In this document: piece after piece, positions 26,391 through 38,050 of the stretch
Position numbering within the stretch: position 1 is the stretch's first letter
Layout of the letters: each line of letters starts with the position of its first letter
DNA from: Camelus dromedarius
Taxonomy: Eukaryota
Assembly (NCBI RefSeq): GCF_036321535.1
Contig: NC_087466.1
Span: forward strand, 2,790,001-2,854,000
Direction of reading: 5' to 3'
Length of the DNA: 64,000 nt
Program-made: the position numbers and the translations under genes
Notes under the pieces: generated by a model
Seen by the model: the letters and a program-made list of their open reading frames with translations, nothing else
Told to the model about the DNA's origin: nothing
Databases searched by the model: none

Positions 26391-26484
26391 TGGATGGATG
26401 GATGGATGGACAGATGGATAGATGGACAGACGGATGGATAGATGACAGACAGATGAACTAGGTAGGTAGATAGATGGATGGATG
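26391..26484. repeat. (GGAT/AGAT)n simple repeat
   Basis: Directly visible tetranucleotide array; similar arrays at ~34351-34405 and ~42020-42160. Confidence 0.9.
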
Positions 26485-27008
26485 GTCACTCCAGCTTCAT
26501 TCCAGGAGGGAAAGGGGCTGGGTTTGGAGGATGGGAGTGTCAGGCACATGGGAGGGGCAGAGCATCCCACTCATCCCAGGGTCCCCTTACATTTTCCGCA
26601 GCACCGAACAGGTGTTTTCCACCCCAAAGACCTGTGCACTCTTCTCGGTTCACCAGGCATGTAAATGTGGGCATGAACCTTATTGTGTGGGTTTGGCTTC
26701 CTCCAGGGAACGTTGAGGTCACTCTCCCTTGGGGACTCGAGCCTGCAGGCTGGCCTCCTGGGCACTGGCCCGCGAGCTCCCAGCAGGTGCTTCCTCCCTA
26801 AACGGGGCCAAATCAGACCCACAAAGGCCACCATGAGGCCGTTCCCCTAACTGACAATGCAAACCCAAGAAAGTTTGGGATGGTGGTGCCCAGGAGCTGA
26901 GTACGAAATTGCCCCACCCCTGGGAGGCAGAGGAGGGTGCTGGCCCAGCCCTGTGAGGGCCCTGGAGCCGTGGTGCCCGCAGGTGGCAGAGCTCTGCACG
27001 GCTGCATC

Positions 27009-27547
27009 ATGTTCTGGGCTCCTGTCCTGCTGGTGCTCCTGGCCCACTGCACAGGTGAGAACCGCCGGACCTCCCGGCTCCCCACTCCGGCCCTTCCCTT
27101 GCCCTGCTTTGCCTCAGCTGCCCACGTACTTTTGTGTCCCCAGGTTGTGGCCCTCAGCCGGTGCTGAATCAGCCACCGTCTGTGTCCTCGCCCCTCGGAA
27201 CCACCGTCCGCCTGGCCTGCACCCTAAGCGGTGACCTTGATGTCGGCATGTACAACATCTACTGGTACCAGCAGACGCCTGGCCACCCGCCACGGTTCCT
27301 GCTGAGATACTTCTCCCACTCAGACAAGAGCCAGGGCCACAAGGTCCCTCCTCGCTTCTCTGGATCCAAAGACATGGTCAAGAACACGGGCTATTTGAGC
27401 ATCTCTGAGCTTCAGCCAGAGGACGAGGCTGTGTATTACTGTGCTGTGGGGGCCCAGAGCCTGGAGCGGGAGATGGAGAGGAAGGAAGAAAGGGAGCCTG
27501 CTGCTCCGGGGCCCCTGGCACCCCAGGACACACTTACCTTGAACTGA
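27009..27547 (+). CDS. VPREB1: V-set pre-B surrogate light chain 1 (VpreB1), 149 aa
   Basis: Leader exon 27009-27054 (MFWAPVLLVLLAHCTG), exon 2 27144-27547: QPVLNQPP...LACTLSG...YWYQQTPGHPPRFLLRYFSHSDKSQG...PEDEAVYYCAVG plus acidic tail; no RSS follows. Confidence 0.97.
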
Positions 27548-27664
27548 AGAAAGAGGGGCGTGCGTCCTGGCAGGGAGGTGGGTGTAGGCGGAGGTGGGGG
27601 ACGGTCATTGGCTGTGTGGATGTTGAGATGCTTCTGTGAACCCCCTTAGAGGTCGGATGAGGGC

Positions 27665-27670
27665 ATTAAA
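27665..27670 (+). terminator. VPREB1: VPREB1 poly(A) signal (ATTAAA)
   Basis: First hexamer after the stop codon, about 120 nt downstream. Confidence 0.6.
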
Positions 27671-27927
27671 GCTGCTTATGTCTTGGGAAGTTGTTTGGCT
27701 GAGTGGCCTGATGGGTGCTCTGCCCAGATGTTCTGTGAACGGTCAGTGTGATGCACTCAAGTGCCAACTAGGTGAAGGTCGCAGAAGACTGGCCATCATG
27801 GCCTGCTTGGCTGGGGCCTCTGGTCTTGTGGGTCCTGGGGGGGCAGGGGTCTGACATAAGCACCTTAGAGGACACCCCAGCTGAGGACAGCAGCCCCTGG
27901 TGTCACCTGATTGTGCACAAGAGTTAC

Positions 27928-28039
27928 AGGGTAATTAGGGTTATTTATTGATTTATTTTTAGAGGAGGTACTGGGGATTGAATCCAGGACCTTGTGCATG
28001 TTAAGCATGTGCTCTACCACTTCATCTATACCCTCCTCC
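27928..28039 (-). mobile_element. tRNA-derived SINE (Vic-1-like)
   Basis: ggaggtactggggattgaatccaggaccttgtgcatgttaagcatgtgctctaccac. Confidence 0.85.
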
Positions 28040-28114
28040 ACAGGGTAAGCAGTTTATAAAACACCTTTATTGGGCCTCTGGGGAGGAGAGGGGTGCAGAG
28101 TGATAGGTGGGACT

Positions 28115-28317
28115 AGTCCTCCGCTGGGTGCTGGAGACTTTGCAGACAGTTCTTTGTTGTGGGGGGCTGTCCCGTGCACTATAGGAGTTGGAGCAGCAAC
28201 TCTGGCCCCTACCCACCAGATGCCCTCCTGCCCCTAGTTAGAACAACGAGAAATGTCTCCTGGCATTGCCAGAGGTCCCCAAGGTGGCAGAATCACCCCA
28301 GCTGAGAACACTGGTCC
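28115..28317 (-). mobile_element. MER20-like hAT DNA transposon fossil
   Basis: ttctttgttgtggggggctgtcccgtgcactatagga...ggcccctacccaccagatgcc...aaatgtctcc...gcagaatcaccccagctgagaacactg. Confidence 0.75.
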
Positions 28318-28361
28318 AGGTGAAAGAAATGAAGTTAGTTTTTTGTGCAGGAAGGCGGCGG

Positions 28362-28563
28362 CAGCTGGAAACTGTTTTCTATAAAGGGCCAGATAGTGAA
28401 TATTTTTGGCTTTCTGGGCCATATGTTCTTCATGGCAACTTAACTCAAAAACAACGGCAGACAATACCTAAACACGTGGGCAGGACTGTTTCCTGTTGAA
28501 CATTATTTACAGACACAGGGCTGGGTTGGATGTGGCCCTAGGGCCATACTTTGCTGACCCCTG
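28362..28563 (+). mobile_element. MER58A-like hAT DNA transposon fossil
   Basis: ttttctataaagggccagatagtgaatatttttggctt...gggccatactttgctgacccctg. Confidence 0.75.
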
Positions 28564-29422
28564 CTCCAGAGAAATACCCAGTTCCTGCCTCCATGTTTCA
28601 ACCCAACCACACTTGGTTGGGTAATCAGGGTCGCCCTCACTTCCTCCTGCCTGACGACTCCAGGGGTGCTCATGCTCTGGACCCATGGGAAGACACGGGG
28701 GCAGGAGGGACATGAGAGGCGTGGCCCCGCCGATAGGCTCGTTAGGTAGAGGGAACGGGTGGGTTCCTGCAACGCTGGCCCATGGCACTGCACCCTGAGC
28801 CCCTGGGTGGTGGGTCAACATGTCCCCTGTAGCAAGAGACCCCCTACATCAGTGTCCACACCATCTGTGGACGTATCTCCCATTCAGAGAGGAGCCAGGC
28901 AAACCATCTCCCCTGTGATTCCAGATGTGACTGAGACCATCCACTCATCCTGGCAGAAAAATCCCTTAGGGGTCCCCTCAGAGAGGCAGGTTCACATTAA
29001 TATCAGCCTTTCCACATGTGGCCTGAATCTCCTATAAAACAATGTTTCCAAAGCCCAGCTAGGTGGTCCCCGAAGAACTGTCTCTGGCCTGTAATGGCCC
29101 TTCTCTTGCTTTCATCTTTTGTGATCCTGGGATTCCAAGCCACGACAAGAAACCCAGAGAACTGGGAGTCAGGTTGGCTCCTCTGTCTTCCAAAGAGGGC
29201 CTTCCAACCGGGAAGTCACCAAAAAGTCCTTCAAATCTGAACCCTCCTCTCCTCTCCTGCGTCTCATCAGTACATCCCTGAACCAGAGACACGGCTTCCT
29301 GAGGTCCCACCATCTGACAATCCAGGTCAAACTCAGCTTCAGTTCAGCACAGGTCAGAGCTGTCCCTGGGAACCGCTCCTTTGGCCCCGGGGCCACGGAG
29401 GCCTCCAGCACCTGTGGGACAA

Positions 29423-29438
29423 GGCCACCAGGGGGCAA
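29423..29438 (+). promoter_or_regulatory. CTCF consensus motif
   Basis: GGCCACCAGGGGGCAA matches CCASYAGRKGGCR; motif only, binding not shown. Confidence 0.55.
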
Positions 29439-30625
29439 TGCAAGGTTAGGTCGACCTCCCGTGACTCCATGTGTGGTCTGCAGGCTGGCCACGGCCACCC
29501 CACCTGGGAGCGTTTGAAAAATGCCTCGTTTCAAGGCCACCCCAGACCTGCGGAGTCCGAACCCACATTTTCACAAGTTCCCTGGTGGTTCCATGCACGT
29601 GAAAGTCTTAGCACGCTCACTGCGCCCTCGACATCGGATTCAACCTCACTTGTTCAGACGCTTTCACTCAAACCACAAACGTGGTCAAGCAGGTGATGCT
29701 CTGGAGAGCTAAGGATGCTTTTCAGGAGCACCTGAAAGCTGAAAGCCATGGAACAGGCATGCCCGGTACCCACAGCGTGTGCTCACCTCCTGGGGCAGGT
29801 CTCGGGCTCCATCTGGTTCTGAACTGCGGGCCCCTCCCCCAGCTCAGCCCCTGCTGTTTGGCCATTTCGACCACCCTTCAGCTGTGGCTTCACAGCCCTG
29901 ATTCCCAGATTGCAGTCTCCTGGGAGCCCCACTCCCAGCTGCATCCATTGCCCTCTCCCTGGATGAGTTCCCACCCCACGCCCCTGACCCTCCGCTTTCT
30001 CAACCCGCAACCTGCGGGACCCAAGAGCCTCTCTCCCTCGCTTCCCAGGAGACAAACAGGGATATGGCACTGCCAGCGATTCAAACTGCCTCCTGCAGGG
30101 ACCACTGGGTGAAAGGGTCTGGCTTGTTCTTTGTGAGTGTGTTTAGACCCAGGCCTAGGAAATTCCTGAAATGTAAACGACCCTCAATAAATGCAGATTC
30201 CAAGGGAAGTATGACTGGGGCCAGGTAGCAGGGCAGCAGACATCACAGGGGAGCAGCTGGGCTCTGCTCCCACTTCTGCTCTGGTGGCTCTGAGATGCCT
30301 GGCGGGGGTGCTGACGAGAGGAGGTGTGTGGATCCCCCAAATCTGACCCTCCTGGGAAGCACTGGCTCCACCCAGCCCTGAGGCTAGTTCTGGGTCTGAC
30401 CACCTCTCAGACCCAGAAGCAGAATGCACCACCCTTGAGGCAGGAGGGCAGAGGAAGAAGCCCTCCAGAGGACAGAGAGCCTCGTGAGAGGGCCCCGCTC
30501 CACCTGCTTCTCGTGGGATCAGCCCCTCAGATGCACTGGAGCCCACAGCAAAGACAGGAGGGGTCGGATTAGTGTGAGCCAACAAGAAGAGGGTCTGGGG
30601 GAGCCTTGCCCAGCTGCAGGGCTCC

Positions 30626-31120
30626 ATAGTCTAGACCCCTTCCTGCTCCCCCTCCTCAGTCTCTGCCCAGGCCCTGCCCACAGGCTCAGCACCCACAGGG
30701 CCCTGGGTGGGGCCTGCCCCAAACCCAGAGCTCAGCCTCGGGGCGGGTCCCCCTGGGAATGGGCGCTTCATCGTCAAGCCCCCTCTCCCCTCCTCTCCTA
30801 TGGACTGACCCAGCCACCCTAAGTGTCCAGTGGCTCCTGGACAGACGTCCAAGGTGACCTGCTCCTGAGATAACAGGGATAAGCAGGTACCTTGGTACCA
30901 GCAGAAGCCGGGCAGGCCCTGGTGCTGGGCGTCCATGAGGACAGCAGCCGGCTCTCAGGGGTCCTTGACTGCTTCTCTGGCTCCACTCGGGGAACACGAC
31001 CTGACAGTCAGCAGTGTCTGCACAGAGGACGAGGCTATCACAGTACCTACCACAAAAGTGGAAGCAGTTTACAGTGACTCCCAGTGACACAGACAGAGAG
31101 GGACATGTGGCACAAAACTG
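30626..31120 (+). pseudogene. Ig lambda variable pseudogene, IGLV3-like, with degenerate RSS
   Basis: Leader relic ATAGTCTAGACCCCTTCCTGCTCCCCCTCCTC (ATG changed to ATA); V3-type intron; V exon from 30796 TCC TAT GGA CTG ACC CAG CCA CCC TAA (SYGLTQPP*), ...VTCS*...WYQQKPG...EDSSRLSGVLDCFSGS...EDEA, with stops and frameshifts; CCCAGTG (31080-31086) + 25 nt + ACAAAACTG. Confidence 0.88.
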
Positions 31121-31296
31121 CCCGCCCAGGCCTGGCGCTCAGTCCGTGGCCACCCTTCCCCCACCTCCATGCCAGATGAAGACAGGCCTACTCTTTCCCC
31201 GCTCTGCAGCCTCGGCTAAGTCACTGCACCTACGCAAAGGCCCTCACCGCCCCCGTCTGAGACATGGGGATGACAACCACCATGCCATGGAGTTAG

Positions 31297-31720
31297 CTGT
31301 GTGAGCCAGGGTTCTCCAGAGGAACAGAACCAACAAGGGGTGTGTGTGTGTAAACAGAGAGAGATTTATTTTAAAGCATTGTTTATATGCGTGTGGAGGT
31401 GTGAGTCCAAAATCTGTAGGGAGGGCCAGCAGGCTGGAGACCCAGAAAAGAGGTGCAGTTTGAGTCTGTCTGCTGCAGAATTCCTTTTAGCTCTGGGAGG
31501 TCTGTCTTTGTTCTATTCAGCCCTTCAACTGATTGAATGAGGCCCACCCACTTGAGGGAGAGCAATCTTCTTTACTCAAGGCATTGATTTAATGTTAATC
31601 CACTGATTTAAACGTCAACTTTATCCAAAAACACCCTCACAGATACATCTGGACTAATATTTGACCAAATATCTGGGCACTGTGGCACAGCCAAGCTGAT
31701 ACATAAACTTAACCATCACA
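31297..31720 (+). mobile_element. MLT2-type (ERVL) LTR
   Basis: gccagggttctccagaggaacagaaccaac...ttcaactgattgaatgaggcccaccca...cagccaagctgatacataaacttaaccatcaca. Confidence 0.8.
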
Positions 31721-32711
31721 CTGGCCTTAAATAAACCACCTCAGATGAAACCTCTAGACCTCCAGGCTTTGGAGAATGTTTCGCACCTTCCACAATAGCA
31801 GAGACCACCCCCAGAGGAGGGCTATAGAGCCACAGAGTAGGTTCAGTGACCCCAAGACCCTGGAAGTTTCTAGAACATTCACACTTGGGACCTGGGGACA
31901 ACGGACCTGTATGTCTGCTCTGGAGATGACCTGGGAGAGAGGAGTCCTGCTGGCCTGTGGGATGGAGAGCGGTCAGGGGCTGACCAGCAGGAGGCGGGGG
32001 CTCCCTCTGACTCGGAAGCAGGGCAGAAATGACTGGACGTGACGTACCTCTCTTGGGGAGTAAAAGGGGGTCAAACCTATGGGGGGGGTGTGTTTGACAC
32101 AGAGATGAAACTTGTGAGACACTGAACATGGTGCATGAAACACCAGTTTTATAATTAAATCACGATTCCCAGACTGGAACCCTGGCTTCCTGCTAAACCT
32201 GCAGCTGTTTCCTCCCTCCCCCTCAGCTTCCCCCCTGCCCCCCATGCAGGGCTGGTCAGAAGAGGAACCCAGCCCACTGAACTCAGGCCACTCCTTTTCT
32301 ACAGGCACCCAGCCACCCTCCACGGCCTCCCTGTGCCCCCAGGGAGAAGCTCCACAGCCAGGAGTGCCCTTAGGGAGCCAGACCAGGAGCAGGTGTGCCC
32401 CACCCAGGGTCTCAGGGGTCGGGGCTGTAGGGGGCTGCGGTGCAAGGCAGTTGAGGCCCGGATCTCAACCACAACAGAGCAGATGGCAGATGTCCCGCTG
32501 GGAGAGGCCCCCAGAAGTAACGGCCATGGGCCCTGGAGGGGGCCACGCACTGGGGCCAGGAGTGAGAAGGCCCAGGGGGAGACTGAGGCCACGCGGGCTG
32601 GACGCGCTGGGACAGCCACAGCCAGCTAGAGAGGCTGGGGTCACCTGCCAGCCCCCTCCAGGGAGCCCACGACAGCTTGTCAGCCAGAGGTACCTTTGAC
32701 CCTGAGGGCGA

Positions 32712-35700
32712 ATGAGACCCAGGACAGGCCAGCTGGGCCATGACATCCCCAGGGGGCAGCACTGGCCTCTAATCCTGCTAGGCCTGGCAGTGGGTGCCCA
32801 TGGCCTGCTGCCCTCGACAGCGGCACCGCCGAACAGGGCTCCCCGCACGGAGGCCTCAGCAGAGAGCAGCCCTTGGAGCAGGTGGGACAGGTAAGGGGCC
32901 AAGTGAGTCATGGCGGGACATGAGGGTCCCTGCAGCCCAAACTGTGAGTGGGGACAGAGAGGGGCAGTGAGGGGAGAGGGGAGGAGCCGCGGGAGAGGAT
33001 GCCCCTGGGTGGGCAAACAGTAGCTTTATGTGAGTGATGACATTTTGTCCAGTGTGGGTTTGTTTGCATCCATTTTTATTTTTTCTATTGTATTAAAATA
33101 TTAGTTATCTTAATTACTGAGGTCTCTGGCACTTCTTCAACTTTGCACCCAAGCCTAGGGCCTCGCCCTCCTCGCCCTGGTCCTTGGGGCAGAGCAGAAA
33201 AGGGAGGCAGGGCAGGACATCCGCAGGGGGTGGCTGCTGTCATCCTAGGGTGCCCAAGCCTCAGGTGATGGGCCAGCTCCCTGCCCTTCCCCTCACTGGG
33301 CGGGCACTGGTCCCTGGAGCACCACACTGTGTGGTGGGGGGAAACTTCCTTGGTGTCCCCAGGTCCCTGGAGCCTGAGCCAAGGACCATCAGGCAGGGCT
33401 GTCTCCTGGGACTAGCCCCCAGGAGCCAGAGTCCACCCGGGGAGCAGATGCCTCCCTGGAAAGGCCCAGGAGAGGGTCTGTGGGGGCCACAGTCTGCCCC
33501 TCTTCCTCTGTGACCCCAGCCTCCTCCTCTCTGCCATGGAGAGTGGGTCAGCACCTGTGGGCATCAGGTCAGGCTGGCATCGCAGTGCCCTGCAGGGACT
33601 GCAGAGCAAAGGCGGGGGCCAGGAGGACATGGGGAGAGATGGACCTCCCCCATTGGGGTCAGGCCTTGTGCTGGGGCTGGGGTTCCAGAGGAATGAGATC
33701 TGGTCGCAACTCAAGGTCCATGGGAAGAGGTGGCCAGGTGACAACTACATGCAATGTGATGCCTGCAGGGCAGAGGGGCCTCCGTGAGGATGGAGTACAA
33801 GTGTGCAGATCCACCTGGGTGAGGGAGCGCAGGCACAGAGCGCTCAGGGAGCTCCCGGGGGTCTGCGTGGTGTGGGAGACCTGAGAGGAGGCAGCAGAGG
33901 TGGCCAGGCTCAGACCTGGATGAGATGTCCTGGGAGGACAGACCTCACCTGGGGAGTTCTGGGGGACTTTTGCAAGGAAACGCGACCAGACTTGGGTGGG
34001 TGGGAAATCAGAACTAGACAGACCTCGGGGTAGGGGGCCAGGTGATGTCCCAGGCAGAGTGGACAGAGAGGTGGACAGATTCAGGAGGTGGGAGGAACAG
34101 GAAAGGGAGGAGCCAGGATGTCCCCTTGGCTCTTTTGCTGGGGAATTAAGAGAACGCTGTGTCCTGCATTTTAACAAAATGGTCCAAGAGAAGCAGTGGT
34201 CTCTCCCAAGAATGTCCTCTCANNNNNNNNNNNNNNNNNNNNNNNNNNNNNNNNNNNNNNNNNNNNNNNNNNNNNNNNNNNNNNNNNNNNNNNNNNNNNN
34301 NNNNNNNNNNNNNNNNNNNNNNNNNNNNNNNNNNNNNNNNNNNNNNNNNNTGAATGGATGATGGAGGGATAATGGATAATGGATGGATGATGAATGATGG
34401 ATGGAAAGTCAGAAAGACAGTGCTCTGAGAGATCAAAGAAGGCTTCACAAAAGATGTGGAACTGAACTATGTCTCAGTGGGTGGAGACAATCGGGCAGGG
34501 TGTCCCCACATGGGAGCACAAGGAGTCAGGAATGACTTGGTGTCCACAGGCCCAGCGAGGAAACCACCTGGCTGGACTGTGGGAAATTGTGGGGCAGGAA
34601 CACTCAGAGGCCCTAAAATGAGGCCAGGAGAGGTCGGGCAGGTCCGAGCCAGCTCAGGACTCCCTCTGTCGCATCACATGGCTACCTGCCGGCACGCAGC
34701 CCTCAGCATCTCCATCAGCACTGAGGATTCAGGGGTGACCAGGACAGCCTCGGGTGGGAGACACACTGGGTGACTCCAAGGCGTGGGAGGCACCTGCCTA
34801 GGACAGGGGGCTGGGGACAGAGATGTCTCTGGGCCATGGGCTCACCCGGGGTGCTCTGGCCTCTAGGGGGCTGGCTGCTCCCTCCCCCAGCCCCAGGACA
34901 CAGCCCCCCCACTGCAGCCCTGTGCCCATCACGCCCAGCAGGTCACCATTGCAGCCCGGTCCCCGGGGGGCAGGCCCCAGGTGCTGGCCCGGCAGATTTT
35001 GGTCTGAGCCTCAGTCACTGTGGTATGTCTTCGGCAGCGGGACCCATCTCACCGTCCTAGGTAAGTGGCTCTCATGCCTTTCCCAGCCTGTCCCATCCTC
35101 TGCTGTCTTGGGAAAGTCACTTTTCCATGTCTGGGGCTGCTCCCCCTCTGCCTTCCCACCCTTAAGGATCGACCCCCATCTTTCTCCACAGGGCCAGGGG
35201 AGGGGGGCTGGGCTTGGGGTGACCAGCAGAAAGAACCCCAAGAGCAGGGGCAGCTGCCTCCAGAGTCTGACAGTCAGACATGGCCAGTCCAGAGACCGAG
35301 GCCGGTTCTGATGGGGGGCACTGGGGTGGTCTTGGGGACAGTGCCCGAGCCCTGGGGTCTGGCTGAGGGCTGGATGCCCAGCCTGGGAGGGCCACACAGG
35401 AGGTTGGGGATTGGGGGTCTGTGACCCCAGCCTCCAGGGACACAGAGGGGCAGCCCAAGGGAGGCCCTTGGAGGGTGGAGAGTGGGGTCCCGCTCACTCT
35501 GGGCTGAAGCTCTCGGGTCCCCTGCTGGGCCAGGAGGACACAGGGACGCAGAGACACGAGTGAGACAGGGCGGGGTGACCAGCAGCCTGGCGCTCCCAGG
35601 ATGGTGGCCAGAAAGGAGAGGGATCCGTGGGGCAGAGACTCCTCTGTCCCTGGATCCCTGACCCCCAGGGGCCCAGGTGTCTCCCCTGCCCACGGGTTGG

Positions 35701-36701
35701 GCTCCTGCCAGCCTCAAAGGGCGCAGTACACTCAGGAGATGACAGACAGGAAGGGAAGGGGGGCTCGGAGCTGCTCGGCTGCCCCATAAAATCAGGGTCG
35801 TAGAGTCAGGGCAGCAGGGATGGGGAGACGGGCGGAGGGGCCTGGGGCTTTGGTGGGGAGGACCCAGGCCTCGCCGGGAGAGCAGAGGCCTGGCTGGGGC
35901 AGAGCTGATGCCTGACGGGGAGGAGAGGCTCTAGGACCCACCGTGAACAAGGCTCTGGCTCGGGGCCACCCCGCACGACCTCAGGATCGTCCTGGCAGCC
36001 TGAGTGGGGAACCTAGTTCAACTAGGAGGCAACTGGGCTCTGGAAGAATGAAGTGAGATGGGGGCCTGATGCTGGGCTGAGGGCTCAGGATGTCAAGGTC
36101 AATTCCAAATTCAGACTCCAGGGCCCAGGAGGAAGGAGGGGAGCTTCCTGGTCACACACGGGGAGATGGAGGCTGCAGGTGGGACGACTCGGCTGGGTCA
36201 CCTGGAAGAGTAACATCGAAGGGCTTCTGGGGGGCTGTCTGCTTCCGAGGGCTGAGTGGGAGAGGGGACGAAGAAGGAAAACAGGGCCACCAAGTGCACC
36301 ATCACAGAGGCCGTGATGGGTAGGGGAGCCCCACCCTGTGACTCCCACCTGCATCTCACACCCTCTTCTCTGTCCACACAGGTCAGCCCAAGTCCGCACC
36401 CTTGGTCACTCTGTTCCCGCCGTCCTCTGAGGAGCTCAAAGCCAACAAGGCCACCCTGGTGTGTCTGATCAGTGACTTCTACCCGGGCAACGTGACGGTG
36501 GCCTGGAAGCAAGATGGCACCACCGTCACGCAGGGCGTGGAGACCACCAAGCCCTCGAAGCAGAGCAACAACAAGTACGCGGCCAGCAGCTACCTGACCC
36601 TGTCGCCCAGCACGTGGAAGTCTCACCGCAGCTACAGCTGTCGGGTCACGCACGAGGCGGGCACCGTGGAGAAGAGAATGGTCCCTGCAGAATGTCCTTA
36701 G
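32712..36701 (+). CDS. IGLL1: Ig lambda-like polypeptide (lambda5 surrogate light chain; IGLL1/IGLL5 type), 205 aa
   Basis: Exon 1 32712-32890 (MRPRTGQ...[14 protein letters not shown]...SRWDR), exon 2 34942-35060 ([28 protein letters not shown]), exon 3 36382-36701 ([19 protein letters not shown]...PAECP*); 618 nt in frame. Symbol chosen from adjacency to VPREB1; exon 2 is IGLL5-like. Confidence 0.9.
34995..35022 (+). other. 12-bp-spacer recombination signal sequence 5' of the J segment
   Basis: GATTTTGGT - CTGAGCCTCAGT (12 nt) - CACTGTG, immediately followed by J-lambda coding GTATGTCTTCGGCAGCGGGACC...CTAG|GTAAGT. Confidence 0.85.
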
Positions 36702-36804
36702 GTCCCTGAGCCTCCCCCACCACCCTCAGGGGGCCTGGAGCAGCAGGACCCTCCCCTCTCACCCTGGTCCACCCAGCCCTTCTCCCTGCACCCAGTCAAC
36801 TCAC

Positions 36805-36810
36805 AATAAA
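36805..36810 (+). terminator. IGLL1: IGLL1 poly(A) signal (AATAAA)
   Basis: About 100 nt after the stop codon, as in C-lambda genes. Confidence 0.8.
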
Positions 36811-38050
36811 TTGTCCTCATTGTCAATCCAAAATCGTGCTCTCTGCTCATTTTTTGCTTGTATTTAACTTGCAACCTCTCTGGGATTCTAGGGGTGGAGT
36901 GTGGGGACTCCTAGGCACCCAGTGGGAAGGTAACCCAAGGGGAGAGGCTCAAGGTCTCACTGAGGTGGGGGGAAGGGGGGAGGGGGGAGCAATTCCCAGG
37001 AAACTCTCCAGGACACATCCGCCCTCCCCTCCCTCCCACTCCTCCTCCAGCACCAGGCCCTGCCCACCCCTGTCACCTTCCTGGCTGGAGCTGCCCATGG
37101 CTGGTGACCTTCAGATAGGCCCTCTCTGCCAGCCCTGGTCCGGACCTTTTACCCCTTCCTTCATCCCACCATGTCCTTTCTTTGCAGAATGACTGACACC
37201 ATCTTGGTTCCTTACAGTTTCTCCTGTCCTTCTGCTGACCCTCCCCAGGACTGTTCTGTGCAGCGAATCACTTCTCTTTCATCAGGACCTTGTAGTTAAT
37301 AGAGATTGTTTAAAAATCATGAGGACGAGGCAGCCTCTATGCTCTGTTAGCCCCGGAACAATGACGAAAACCTTCTGTCACCTATTCCTGCTGCCCATGA
37401 CACTAGTTACCCACCCGTAAATCTTTACCTACGAGTGCACGTCCTGTTTCCGAGCACCTACCCGCAGACCCTGTTGTCCCAGGTGCCCCTCAGCGGCATG
37501 GAATGCCTCTGCAGGTGCTTCCCGATAGTGGTCTGCCCCACCCCAACCCACCCTGGGAGTCATCTGACAATAAGTTCAAACACCAGGCCCCAAATGCAAG
37601 TCCCTTTGGCTTCTGCCCCTCCCATCCCCCACAGCCTTCTCCACTGCCTCTCCTTCCCCCAACACCTTCCCCTCCAACCAGACTAAGCTGGAAGTTTACA
37701 TCCCCAAAGGCCACCTGCCTTCTGCCTCTACCCTTTTGCTATTGCTGTTCCCTTTGCTGGCAGGATATTCCTGGTCCCCGTCTGCCTGACAGTCAGCTCC
37801 CCGAAGCCCTGCCGTCCGCTCTTCCCGTGTGACCTTCCCTGACCTTGCAAGTGGGCAACGCTTGAACCACAGTTGATCTGGGCTGAGAGGAGCTGCTCCC
37901 AGGCCTCTCCTACCCGCTCCCACCTCCCCAGGGCTGCAGGAGGCAGGGCAGGGATGAGGCCTTGTGCCTGGGCCCTGGACACAGCTGCTGGCCACGGTTG
38001 CACCCCCTCAGTGCCTCAGCTGGGTACTGGGCGGCTGTCATCCAGCTCCT

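Noticed and set aside
27440-27620. RSS after the VPREB1 V-like domain
   Set aside because: No CACAGTG/nonamer pair is present.
30155-30300. Faint V-framework-like phrase on the minus strand
   Set aside because: No Cys/Trp anchors, leader or RSS; probably chance.
36382-36701. Calling the C exon a stand-alone conventional IGLC gene
   Set aside because: Intact in-frame lambda5-type exons 1 and 2 with canonical splice sites and adjacency to VPREB1 favour IGLL; dual use is kept as a finding.
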